54,639 bases of DNA from the sequence record NZ_CP035509.1. The stretch is one strand, 5' to 3'. The stretch's first letter is position 1; every line of letters starts with the position of its first letter. Below the pieces are notes generated by a model that worked only from the letters and a program-made list of their open reading frames with translations, did no database searches and was not told the DNA's origin. Below are positions 11,882-20,734 of this stretch, piece after piece. A program made the translations under genes and the position numbers. The stretch is from a plasmid.

Positions 11882-13260
11882 GGCTCTGATGATGTGACCG
11901 CCCCCCGACGGCATCTCTGTGCCAAGGTGGGTCTGCGATGATCCACAAAGGAGGACGGTCATGTCGGAGATTATCACGGTCGGGCTCGATCTGGCGAAGA
12001 ATGTGTTCCAGGTGCATGGGGCGGACGCCGCAGGCGGTGCGGTGCTACGGAAGAAGCTGCGGCGCACGCAGGTGCTGGGGTTCTTTGAGGCTTTGCCGCC
12101 TTGCGTCGTGGCGATGGAAGCCTGTGGTGGTGCACATTACTGGGGTCGAGAGATTGGCAAGCTTGGACATGAGGTCCGGCTGATCCCTCCGGCCTACGTG
12201 AAGCCCTTCGTCAAACGGCAGAAGAATGACGCCGCCGACGCCGAGGCGATTTGCGAAGCTGCACAGCGTCCGACGATGCGCTTCGTGTCGGTGAAGAGCG
12301 AAGAGACCCAAGGGGCGGCGATGGTGTTCCGCGTGCGCGAGTTACTGATCCGGCAGCGCACCCAGGCGATCAACGCCCTGCGCGGTCACCTTGCCGAGTT
12401 CGGGCAGGTTGTGCCGCAGGGCGCTGCCAATGCCTCGAAGCTGATCGCCATCGTCGAGGATCCAGAGAGCGGGTTGCCCGCCGAGGCGACAGCCACCCTG
12501 CAGGTTCTGATCGGATCCTTGGCGCACCTCGAGGCGCAGATCGGGAGGCTCGATGCCGAGATCTCACGCTGCGCCAAAGAGAACGAGGTCGCCCGACGGC
12601 TGATGACGGTGCCGGGCATCGGCCCGCTGATCGCGACGGCTATCGCGACACTTGCGCCGCCCCCCGAGACCTTCCGGAAGGCCCGGGATTTTGCAGCCTG
12701 GCTCGGGTTGGTGCCCAGGCAACACTCGACCGGTGGCAAGCAGCGCCTCGGAGCGACGACGAAGATGGGCGAGCGGTCTCTCAGGCGGCTGCTGATCATT
12801 GGCGCCAACAGCGTGATCATCAAGCGCCACGTCCATCGTGAAGCTCAACCCGGCACATGGCTGGGGAACATGCTGTCGCGCAAGCCGTCGATGCTGGTGC
12901 GTGTCGCGCTGGCGAACAAGATGGCGCGGATTGTCTGGGCTTTGATGGCCCGCGGTGGCGTATACCAGTCTCCGGCCGTGGCAGCGTAAGCAGCCGTCGG
13001 TCGCGAGGACGTCGGAGCGGAAGAGGGCAAGGAGCAGTTTGGCGCAACAGTCGTGAGACGGGATCGGGAGAACCAGTGTGCAACAGAGTGCCTTTGAGCA
13101 CGCGGCTTTGATCTGGACCCGACCTTCGAACACCATACGGGCCCGCGGCATGACCAAGGCCGCATCAGAGGCCGGACACATGTCAGCACCCGGTGACGCG
13201 CGGAAAGCAGCTCTGAAATTACCCCTTGCGCAAGGGGCGGTTACACATGTTGCACAAATC
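11882..13260 (+). mobile_element. IS110 family (IS1111-subgroup-like) element, copy A; 1379 bp
   Basis: Transposase gene preceded by a short 5' leader and followed by a 270-bp non-coding 3' tail. Subterminal inverted repeats GTGACCGCCCC and GGGGCGGTTACAC. Confidence 0.75.
11961..12989 (+). CDS. IS110 family transposase (DEDD)
   Basis: MSEIITVGLDLAKNVFQVHG… N-terminal DEDD domain. RBS AAAGGAGG. Four identical copies occur in the window. Confidence 0.9.
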   Translation: MSEIITVGLDLAKNVFQVHGADAAGGAVLRKKLRRTQVLGFFEALPPCVVAMEACGGAHYWGREIGKLGHEVRLIPPAYVKPFVKRQKNDAADAEAICEAAQRPTMRFVSVKSEETQGAAMVFRVRELLIRQRTQAINALRGHLAEFGQVVPQGAANASKLIAIVEDPESGLPAEATATLQVLIGSLAHLEAQIGRLDAEISRCAKENEVARRLMTVPGIGPLIATAIATLAPPPETFRKARDFAAWLGLVPRQHSTGGKQRLGATTKMGERSLRRLLIIGANSVIIKRHVHREAQPGTWLGNMLSRKPSMLVRVALANKMARIVWALMARGGVYQSPAVAA

Positions 13261-14274
13261 GGCTGATGGCCGGGGTTCCCCTTTCCCCGGACAGACTTAT
13301 CCCACGGGCTCTGTGACAGGGATGCCGAGCGCGGTGTAGCCGTTCAGAACGGCGATACGGACCTGAAGCTCCGCGACCTGTCGGTCGAAGTCCCGCGCCA
13401 TGAGGCGCTGCCCCAGCAGTTTCACACAGTGCATCTTCGTTTCGACGCGGCTTCGGCGGTGGTATCCGCTCCATCGTCGCCAGAGAGCACGACCGAGGTA
13501 TTTCGATGCCCGCAGCGCTTCGTTTCGTGCGATCGCGCCGGCGGTGACGGTCTTCCACGGCTTGGCATTCTTGCGAGGCGGAATGACAGCGCGGGCGCCG
13601 CGGTCAGCGATTGCATCGTGGCATTTGCGGGTGTCGTAGGCACCGTCGGCAGTGACGCTGCTGATCTGCTCGTACGCTGGGATCTGGTTGAGCAGGTCGG
13701 GTAAGACCGGTGCATCGCCGATATGGCTCCCTGTGACCTCGACTGCGCGAACCTCCAGTGTTTCCTCGTCGATCCCGAGATGGATCTTGCGCCAGACGCG
13801 CCGTTTGGGTCCACCATGCTTGCGGGCGTGCCACTCGCCTTCGCCCTCGACTTTGATGCCCGTGCTGTCGATCAGCAGGTGCAGCGGCCCCTTGGAGCCG
13901 CGATACGGGATGTTCACGGCCAGGGTCTTCTGGCGGCGGGACAGGGTGCTGAAGTCGGGCACCGCCCAGTCGAGGCCGACCAGCCGCAGTAGGCTTTCGA
14001 CGAAGCCTGTCGTCTGCCGAAGCGCCATGCCGAACAGCACCTTCATCGAAAGGCATGTCTGGATGGCGGCATCGCTGTAGGTCTGCTGGCGGCCACGCCT
14101 ACCTGTCGGCGCGGCATCCCAGCTCATCTCGGGATCGAACCAGATCGTCAGCGAGCCGCGGCGCTTGAGCGCTTCATTGTAGGCTGGCCAGTTCCTGGTC
14201 CTGTAGGTCGGGGGTGTAGGTCTGCTCATGTATCCCAGCTACCACGCTGGATTCATGAGATGAATCCCACACGG
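13261..14274 (-). mobile_element. Second IS5-family element, here called IS5-B, copy 1; 1014 bp core
   Basis: Bounded on both sides by IS110-like 3' ends. Identical to 29701-30714. Confidence 0.7.
13297..14229 (-). CDS. IS5 family transposase (paralog of the IS5-A transposase)
   Basis: MSRPTPPTYRTRNWPAYNEALKRRGSL…; 310 aa with a DDE domain. Confidence 0.9.
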   Translation of the reverse strand: MSRPTPPTYRTRNWPAYNEALKRRGSLTIWFDPEMSWDAAPTGRRGRQQTYSDAAIQTCLSMKVLFGMALRQTTGFVESLLRLVGLDWAVPDFSTLSRRQKTLAVNIPYRGSKGPLHLLIDSTGIKVEGEGEWHARKHGGPKRRVWRKIHLGIDEETLEVRAVEVTGSHIGDAPVLPDLLNQIPAYEQISSVTADGAYDTRKCHDAIADRGARAVIPPRKNAKPWKTVTAGAIARNEALRASKYLGRALWRRWSGYHRRSRVETKMHCVKLLGQRLMARDFDRQVAELQVRIAVLNGYTALGIPVTEPVG

Positions 14275-15407
14275 GATTTGTGCAACATGTGTAACCGCCC
14301 CTTGCGCAAGGGGTAATTTCAGAGCTGCTTTCCGCGCGTCACCGGGTGCTGACATGTGTCCGGCCTCTGATGCGGCCTTGGTCATGCCGCGGGCCCGTAT
14401 GGTGTTCGAAGGTCGGGTCCAGATCAAAGCCGCGTGCTCAAAGGCACTCTGTTGCACACTGGTTCTCCCGATCCCGTCTCACGACTGTTGCGCCAAACTG
14501 CTCCTTGCCCTCTTCCGCTCCGACGTCCTCGCGACCGACGGCTGCTTACGCTGCCACGGCCGGAGACTGGTATACGCCACCGCGGGCCATCAAAGCCCAG
14601 ACAATCCGCGCCATCTTGTTCGCCAGCGCGACACGCACCAGCATCGACGGCTTGCGCGACAGCATGTTCCCCAGCCATGTGCCGGGTTGAGCTTCACGAT
14701 GGACGTGGCGCTTGATGATCACGCTGTTGGCGCCAATGATCAGCAGCCGCCTGAGAGACCGCTCGCCCATCTTCGTCGTCGCTCCGAGGCGCTGCTTGCC
14801 ACCGGTCGAGTGTTGCCTGGGCACCAACCCGAGCCAGGCTGCAAAATCCCGGGCCTTCCGGAAGGTCTCGGGGGGCGGCGCAAGTGTCGCGATAGCCGTC
14901 GCGATCAGCGGGCCGATGCCCGGCACCGTCATCAGCCGTCGGGCGACCTCGTTCTCTTTGGCGCAGCGTGAGATCTCGGCATCGAGCCTCCCGATCTGCG
15001 CCTCGAGGTGCGCCAAGGATCCGATCAGAACCTGCAGGGTGGCTGTCGCCTCGGCGGGCAACCCGCTCTCTGGATCCTCGACGATGGCGATCAGCTTCGA
15101 GGCATTGGCAGCGCCCTGCGGCACAACCTGCCCGAACTCGGCAAGGTGACCGCGCAGGGCGTTGATCGCCTGGGTGCGCTGCCGGATCAGTAACTCGCGC
15201 ACGCGGAACACCATCGCCGCCCCTTGGGTCTCTTCGCTCTTCACCGACACGAAGCGCATCGTCGGACGCTGTGCAGCTTCGCAAATCGCCTCGGCGTCGG
15301 CGGCGTCATTCTTCTGCCGTTTGACGAAGGGCTTCACGTAGGCCGGAGGGATCAGCCGGACCTCATGTCCAAGCTTGCCAATCTCTCGACCCCAGTAATG
15401 TGCACCA
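14275..15407 (-). mobile_element. IS110-like copy B, 3' part (interrupted by an IS3 element)
   Basis: Identical to the other IS110-like copies up to ...AATGTGCACCA, where the IS3 left inverted repeat begins. Confidence 0.75.
14546..15337 (-). pseudogene. IS110 transposase C-terminal 263 codons (gene split by the IS3 insertion)
   Basis: Identical to the C-terminal residues of the 11961-12989 product. Confidence 0.8.
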
Positions 15408-15471
15408 AGAGGTGGTCGCAGGAATTCGGACCAGTCGCTAAGCTCTGGCGATTGACGAAGGACTGATCCGC

Positions 15472-15780
15472 ATGACGAAACGGAAGCGCTATTCGGCCGA
15501 GTTCAAGGCGAAGGTGGCTTTGGAAGCCATTCGCGAGGACCTGACGACGGCCGAACTGGCCAAGAAGTACGATATCCACCCCACCATGATCACGGGCTGG
15601 AAAAGAACCGCCATTGAGAACATGGCCTCGGCCTTTGACGGCAAGAGTGCTGCCGAGCCGACGATTTCCGCGGGTGAGGTCGAGAAGCTGCATGCCAAGA
15701 TCGGCCAGCTGGTTGTGGAGCGGGATTTTTTGTCCGCAGCCTCCAGTCTCATTCTCGGCACTGGAGGCAAAAAGCGGTGA
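15472..15780 (+). CDS. IS3 family transposase OrfA
   Basis: MTKRKRYSAEFKAKVALEA… helix-turn-helix (HTH) and leucine-zipper region. Slippery A AAA AAG near 15765. Confidence 0.85.
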   Translation: MTKRKRYSAEFKAKVALEAIREDLTTAELAKKYDIHPTMITGWKRTAIENMASAFDGKSAAEPTISAGEVEKLHAKIGQLVVERDFLSAASSLILGTGGKKR

Positions 15781-16607
15781 ACCAGGACCACCCCCATCTC
15801 AGCGTGCGGCGGCAATGCAGCCTGCTGTCGCTGGCGCGCTCCGGCCTTTATTACCAGCCACGTGGCGAAAGCGCCGAGAACCTGAAGTTCATGGAGATCA
15901 TCGACCGGCAGTTCCTGGAGACGCCATGGTATGGCTCACGGCAAATGGCCCGTCATATGCAGCGAGAGGGGCATCGCTGCGGACGGCATCGAGTCCGGCG
16001 GCTGATGAGGCTGATGCGTCTGGTGCCGATCTACCAAGAGCCCAAGACCAGCAAGAAGCATCCAGAGAACAAGATTTACCCCTATCTGCTCAAGGGTCTG
16101 GCCATTACCCGGCCCAATCAGGTCTGGTGCACCGACATCAGCTACATCCCTATGCGCCGGGGGTTTCTTTACCTGATGGCCATCATGGACTGGCACAGCC
16201 GCAAGGTGCTCAGCTGGCGGCTGTCGAACTCCATGGACGCGAGCTTTTGCGTCGAGGCCCTGAAGGAGGCACTGGCCCGATATGGCACGCCCGAGATTTT
16301 CAACAGCGATCAGGGCTCGCAATTCACCAGCACCGAGTTCACCCAGGTGCTGCTCGACGCCAAGGTGAAGATCTCCATGGACGGCCGTGGCCGCTGGATC
16401 GACAACCGGATGATCGAAAGGCTGTGGCGTTCCCTCAAATATGAATGCGTCTACCTGAACGCCTTTGAGACCGGTTCCGAGGCCCGCAGGGGGATCGGCG
16501 CCTGGATCAGCTATTACAACGAAAAACGTCCGCACTCATCGCATGGATTGCTGACGCCCGCTGAGGCCTATGATACCGCCAACCAGAACCTGAAAGCCGC
16601 TGCCTGA
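15777..16607 (+). CDS. IS3 family transposase OrfB (integrase core)
   Basis: DDE motifs in …WCTDISYIP… and …SDQGSQFTS…; -1 frame relative to orfA. Confidence 0.85.
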   Translation: MNQDHPHLSVRRQCSLLSLARSGLYYQPRGESAENLKFMEIIDRQFLETPWYGSRQMARHMQREGHRCGRHRVRRLMRLMRLVPIYQEPKTSKKHPENKIYPYLLKGLAITRPNQVWCTDISYIPMRRGFLYLMAIMDWHSRKVLSWRLSNSMDASFCVEALKEALARYGTPEIFNSDQGSQFTSTEFTQVLLDAKVKISMDGRGRWIDNRMIERLWRSLKYECVYLNAFETGSEARRGIGAWISYYNEKRPHSSHGLLTPAEAYDTANQNLKAAA

Positions 16608-16669
16608 CATGAAACCCATGCCAGAGCTTAGCAAGGCGGCAAACTGGTCGAAAATCCCGGACCACCTCT

Positions 16670-16839
16670 CCACCACAGGCTTCCATCGCCACGACGCAAG
16701 GCGGCAAAGCCTCAAAGAACCCCAGCACCTGCGTGCGCCGCAGCTTCTTCCGTAGCACCGCACCGCCTGCGGCGTCCGCCCCATGCACCTGGAACACATT
16801 CTTCGCCAGATCGAGCCCGACCGTGATAATCTCCGACAT
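16670..16839 (-). pseudogene. IS110 transposase N-terminal fragment
   Basis: MSEIITVGLDLAKNV…MEACGG, then the IS3 sequence follows. Confidence 0.75.
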
Positions 16840-16918
16840 GACCGTCCTCCTTTGTGGATCATCGCAGACCCACCTTGGCACAGAGATGCCGTCGGGGGGC
16901 GGTCACATCATCAGAGCC
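16670..16918 (-). mobile_element. IS110-like copy B, 5' part
   Basis: Resumes the IS110 sequence (…CCACCACAGGCTTCC…) through to the outer end …GGTCACATCATCAGAGCC. Confidence 0.75.
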
Positions 16919-16921
16919 ACC

Positions 16922-16957
16922 GGCCAGCAAAAGGAAAGCCGCGCTTGGCGCGGCTTT
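16922..16957 (-). terminator. Rho-independent terminator-like hairpin downstream of vapBC
   Basis: AAAGCCGCGC-TTGG-CGCGGCTTT stem-loop, followed on the minus strand by a CTTTTGC U-run. Confidence 0.4.
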
Positions 16958-17043
16958 GGATAGTTCTGGTCAGATCAGAGGATCGACGCGGCCCGAGGGG
17001 CCACGCTCACCCCTGCTTTGAGGCCGTCCACGCCGTGTCCGGA

Positions 17044-17463
17044 TCACTCCCACGGATTGATAATCTCTATCTTCATAGCCGCGAAGGGCGTCACATCGCG
17101 GGTGGCGACCGCAGCGAAGTTGTTCCCTCGTGCGATTGCCGCGATAGCACCGTCAGGAAAGGTGATCGTATGCCCCTGTTTGCGGGCGTCCGCCATCATG
17201 GACCCAAAAAAATATGCAGCCGTGGCATCGAAGGGAAGGATGCGACCGTAAAAGATCGTTTCTATCAGATGGCTTACCCCATCGCTCAAAACAGTCTTTC
17301 GCTTGCCCTCGGGAAGTTGATCGACCCCAAAGAATAGCTCTGCCACCGTGATCGCAGTCAGATAGGTGGACGACATGTCCAGCGTGTCGAGCCATGCCAT
17401 GACCTTCGGATCCGGTTTCGGCTTCTGCGTTTCGGAAATCACATTCGTATCGAGGATAATCAT
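17044..17463 (-). CDS. vapC: Type II toxin VapC (PIN-domain ribonuclease)
   Basis: MIILDTNVISE… PIN-domain acidic residues. Its start overlaps the stop of the upstream antitoxin. Confidence 0.85.
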   Translation of the reverse strand: MIILDTNVISETQKPKPDPKVMAWLDTLDMSSTYLTAITVAELFFGVDQLPEGKRKTVLSDGVSHLIETIFYGRILPFDATAAYFFGSMMADARKQGHTITFPDGAIAAIARGNNFAAVATRDVTPFAAMKIEIINPWE

Positions 17464-17699
17464 TCGAAAGTTGCGCCTTCCACGGGTGACGGGTCGCGCA
17501 GATCGTCAAAATCGCTGCCGTGATGTCCTGACCATGCGGACCGCATCTGCTGACCAAGCCCATTCCCTGTTTCTTGGGAAACGGCGGCCGTCAGAATAGC
17601 TCGCATCTCTGCTTCCGTGCTGCGCTGATGACGAACGGCACGGAGCTTCAGGGCAGTGTGAACTTCATCTGGAACGTTGCGAATGGTGACATTTCCCAT
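17460..17699 (-). CDS. vapB: Type II antitoxin VapB (FitA/StbC-like ribbon-helix-helix)
   Basis: MGNVTIRNVPDEVHTALKLRAVRHQRSTEAEMRAIL. 79 aa, directly upstream of vapC. Confidence 0.8.
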   Translation of the reverse strand: MGNVTIRNVPDEVHTALKLRAVRHQRSTEAEMRAILTAAVSQETGNGLGQQMRSAWSGHHGSDFDDLRDPSPVEGATFE

Positions 17700-17761
17700 C
17701 GTGTAGACTCCTTTGATGATCTTTAGTTACAGTAATGATAGCACTTTCCCATTATGCTATC

Positions 17762-17990
17762 AATGGCGCATCCCTCGCGCCGTCTGGTCTAGGGCTTTCG
17801 CCCTGGACCTCCCTGCCCGAGTGACCGCGCTCTAGGCTCCGGCCGGCTGCACCGGCCTGTACCCCGAACCTCGCTCGCCCCTTCTCCCTTCGCGCCAAGA
17901 GGCCCCGCCCCTGTCTCTCCGAGCCAGCGCCGGGGCCGCGCGAATGGTCGAAGGTGCGGCGAGTTTCGGCCCTGCGGGTGACGATCGCTT
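17762..17990 (+). repeat. Copy 1, 5' part, of a roughly 600-bp GC-rich repeat (leader region), split by an inserted small gene
   Basis: About 140 bp (17762-about 17900) match the start of the repeat at 22083-22683. Around 100 bp specific to this copy follow, then the shared GGGTGACGATCGCTTGCGCGGT before the insertion. Confidence 0.6.
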
Positions 17991-18007
17991 GCGCGGTAAG
18001 GGTTACT

Positions 18008-18310
18008 TCAATCGTCGTCGCAGCCGCACCAGTCGATTTCATTTCTTATAACAGGGATGAAACGTGCGGCTTTGACGACCGAGTAAATACGATCAAGACG
18101 ATCCTGCTCAGGCAAAGACCCTTCTTTTAGGATGGTCCGAACTTCTTCAAGACAATCTTCTAAACGCAGAAGCTCTTTAGCCAGTAATCGTCGGTTCTTG
18201 TCTAGCCGATGCATCGCACCGAGGGATCGGAGAACATCAGCGCCATCTTGTGTCGCCTCTGCATGTTCTAGTGCTGCAATGTCTTCGCGAAGTTCATCTA
18301 TGATAATCAT
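18008..18310 (-). CDS. Hypothetical helical protein (100 aa) within a roughly 370-bp insertion splitting repeat copy 1
   Basis: ORF MIIIDELREDIAALEHAEATQDG… is absent from repeat copy 2. Weak RBS. Confidence 0.35.
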   Translation of the reverse strand: MIIIDELREDIAALEHAEATQDGADVLRSLGAMHRLDKNRRLLAKELLRLEDCLEEVRTILKEGSLPEQDRLDRIYSVVKAARFIPVIRNEIDWCGCDDD

Positions 18311-18363
18311 CGTGGCTGCTTTTGAACCGGGTGTAGGGCTTCACAATACACTGTTTTCTGCCA

Positions 18364-18797
18364 TCATCCTAATGTGACACCAGCTCCGCCGTCCTGAAGA
18401 TCGAGGGCAAGCCGCGCGTGCGGCGCGGCTCCGGTTGATCCGAGGGCCAGGCCGGGGGATCGACGCGGCCGAGGGCCGCGCTCACCCCCGCCCTGCGGTT
18501 TTTCCTTTTCGTGTTTCCGCCCAACAGACCTGCCCGAGCCGGTCAATCGGCAAGCGCCGCGCCCGTGGCGCGTCGGCTCCGGCGGGGGCCGTGTCCTCGC
18601 TGCGCTGCGGGCCGCACCACCCCCCGCCTCCGCCCGATGGACAGTCTCGGTCAGGCCCGTGGGTCGGGCTGTGCCCTCCCCACTCTGTTCCGCCGAATAC
18701 ATGCGTATTCGTCAGACCAGACCGGCGAGGCGCAGCCCATCGGCGGAAGAAGGCAACAGACCCGAACCGCCAGCCGCAACACGAAAGGAAAGACCAG
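18364..18797 (+). repeat. Copy 1, 3' part, of the 600-bp leader repeat, upstream of the DUF3560 gene
   Basis: Near-identical to 22250-22683. Contains the palindrome CGAATACATGCGTATTCG at 18694-18711. Confidence 0.7.
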
Positions 18798-20135
18798 ATG
18801 ACCACGATTTCCGCGACCTACTCGCCCGAGGACAACAAAATCCGCCTCTATGCTTCCGCCCGTCTCGATGCCGAAACTTTCCAGCGCGTGAAGGATGCCG
18901 GTTTCAAATGGGCACCGAAACAGGAGCTTTTCGTGGCCCCCTCGTGGTCCTGCGCCCGCGAGGATTTGGCGCTGGAACTGGCGGGCGAGATCGAGCCGGA
19001 GGAAATGACCTTGGCCGAACGCGCCCAGATGAAAGCCGACCGGCTGGACGCCATCGCGGACAAACGCGCCGCTGAGGCCAGCGCCTTTTCCCGCGCCGCC
19101 AACGAACTGTCTAAGGCGTTCGAGTTTGGGCAGCCGATCCTTGTGGGCCACCATTCCGAGCGGAAGGCCCGCAAGACGCAAGAGCGGATGCACAGCGCAC
19201 AGGACAAGGCCAGCAAAGCCCATAAGGCCATTGGCTACTGGCAGTATCGGGCCGAAGGCGTCGAGGCCCACGCGAACCACAAGAACGATCCAAGGGTGCG
19301 GGCGCGGCGGATTCATGGCCTGTTGGCCGAGTTGCGCGACCTGCAACGAAAGCTGAACACCGCGCACAAAGCCCTTGCGACATGGGAGAAGCTGACCACG
19401 GACGACCATATCCGCGCGGCGCTTGGCATTGGCGAACTGTATTCGTTCAACCTGTATTCGCCCGTTGAGCGGGGCGAGATGACCCCGCAGGAGGCCCGCG
19501 AAAAGGCCATGGCCGGAGCGCGTTCGACCATCGAGAGCGGCAACCTGTCGCGCTGGATCATGCACACCCTCAACCGCCTGTCCTATGAACGGGAGATGTT
19601 GGGCGAGGTGCCGCGCTATGATGGAGAGATCACCCCGACCCTTTTGCAGATGTTCGTCCGCGAACATGGGGCCGACAAGCCGAAAGGGTCGAAGCTGGAC
19701 ACCGACCTTTTCGCCGTGGAATGCGAAGCCCCGTTGCCCGCGCATATCGCCCAAGGATCGGGCCTTGAATTGTCAGCCGACGAATGGCGCGACCTGATGC
19801 AGTCTTGTGGCTACCTGCCCCCCGCGAAGAAAGACGCCAAGCCCCCGATCCTCAATTTCAAAGCCCCATCCGGCACGGTTTCCGTGGTGAATCCGCACCG
19901 CCGCGAGGCCCAGGACCTGCCCCAGATCGAATTGACCAAGGCGGAATATGCCAGGATCTACGCCGAGCAGCGCGGCACCCGCCTTTCCACTTGCGGCGGT
20001 TTCCGCGTTCGGATCGCACCGAACCCGAAGCACGAAGGCCCCCGCTATATGGCCGGATGGGCGGCTATTCTCATCACCGACCAGAAGCAGCACGACACGC
20101 CCGAGAGCGTCAAGGACATGGAGGCCGCGGCATGA
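18798..20135 (+). CDS. DUF3560-like plasmid/ICE protein
   Basis: Begins MTTISATYSPEDNKIRLYASARL…FKWAPKQELF…. ATG at 18798 with an AGGAAAGACC RBS. The ORF track's extension back to 18435 lies inside the repeat and is rejected. Confidence 0.65.
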   Translation: MTTISATYSPEDNKIRLYASARLDAETFQRVKDAGFKWAPKQELFVAPSWSCAREDLALELAGEIEPEEMTLAERAQMKADRLDAIADKRAAEASAFSRAANELSKAFEFGQPILVGHHSERKARKTQERMHSAQDKASKAHKAIGYWQYRAEGVEAHANHKNDPRVRARRIHGLLAELRDLQRKLNTAHKALATWEKLTTDDHIRAALGIGELYSFNLYSPVERGEMTPQEAREKAMAGARSTIESGNLSRWIMHTLNRLSYEREMLGEVPRYDGEITPTLLQMFVREHGADKPKGSKLDTDLFAVECEAPLPAHIAQGSGLELSADEWRDLMQSCGYLPPAKKDAKPPILNFKAPSGTVSVVNPHRREAQDLPQIELTKAEYARIYAEQRGTRLSTCGGFRVRIAPNPKHEGPRYMAGWAAILITDQKQHDTPESVKDMEAAA

Positions 20136-20734
20136 CCCGCCCCGCCATGTATTCCCGCCCCGCAAAGCCCCTGACCATTCCGGTCAGGGCGCGACGGGAC
20201 GCGCCCGCCCTGGCGCTGGACGCCGTGCCGGAGGTAATCGCCGTGGACCGTGCCACGGAATGCCATGTCACACCCGACGATGTAGCGCGGCGCATGGTCG
20301 AATATCTCGGACCCGTGGGCGATTATCTGACGCTAGAGCCAAGCGCCGGAACCGGCCAGCTTGCGCGGGCGCTGATCGCGTCCGGACACAGCCCGCGCGA
20401 ACTGACCCTGATCGAGCGGCATCACGCCCTTGCAGCCACGCTGCACAAGATCGGCCCGACGCTGCACCGCTGTTTTCTGGAATATGCCGACGAGGCGCGC
20501 AGCAAGGTCGAGTTTCCCCGCATCCTCATGAATCCGCCTTTCCGCGAATTGCGAAAGCACGTTGCCGCTGCGCTGTCGCTTCTTGGGCGAGGCGGTCACG
20601 ACGCCGCAACGCTGGTCGCACTGGTGCCGGTCACGTTCGAGCATCCCGATGCCGAGCATCTGGAAACCCTGCCGCCCGACACGTTCAGCGCGGCGCGGGT
20701 GCATACCAAAATCATAAGGATTCAGTGCAGTTGA
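20132..20734 (+). CDS. Small orphan SAM-dependent DNA methyltransferase (N6A/N4C type: motif I LEPSAGTG, then motif IV NPPF)
   Basis: TLEPSAGTGQLARAL precedes ILMNPPF. Its ATG overlaps the stop of the DUF3560 gene (ATGA coupling). Confidence 0.55.
   Translation: MTRPAMYSRPAKPLTIPVRARRDAPALALDAVPEVIAVDRATECHVTPDDVARRMVEYLGPVGDYLTLEPSAGTGQLARALIASGHSPRELTLIERHHALAATLHKIGPTLHRCFLEYADEARSKVEFPRILMNPPFRELRKHVAAALSLLGRGGHDAATLVALVPVTFEHPDAEHLETLPPDTFSAARVHTKIIRIQCS

Larger units (their letters stand above)
15408..16669 (+). mobile_element. IS3 family element (IS3-2), 1262 bp, inserted inside IS110-like copy B
   Basis: Imperfect inverted repeats of about 45 bp (AGAGGTGGTC…CTAAGCTCTGG). 3-bp target-site duplication (TSD) CCA at 15405-15407 and 16670-16672 regenerates the IS110 sequence exactly. 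Confidence 0.85.
11882..16918 (+). mobile_element. Composite element A: IS110-like (+) / IS5-B (-) / IS110-like (-, carrying an IS3 insertion)
   Basis: Same architecture and near-identical sequence as composite B (28322-32093) in the opposite orientation. Its outermost 18 bp (GGCTCTGATGATGTGACC) are inverted at the far end. No flanking direct repeat is present, and the adjacent response-regulator gene is truncated. Confidence 0.7.

Noticed and set aside
13241-14229. Antisense and overlapping ORFs inside the IS110-like and IS5-B copies (for example 12251-12841, 12564-13181 and their mirror copies)
   Set aside because: They recur identically only because the IS copies are identical. Each lies antisense or out of frame to the transposase genes and shows GC-frame composition.
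18435-18797. Long N-terminal extension (ORF 18435-20135) of the DUF3560 gene, and the similar 22323-22880 ORF
   Set aside because: The extensions lie wholly inside the duplicated 600-bp leader. They translate to Arg/Pro/Gly-rich sequence and are identical in front of two unrelated genes. ATG 18798 with an RBS matches the DUF3560 N-terminus.
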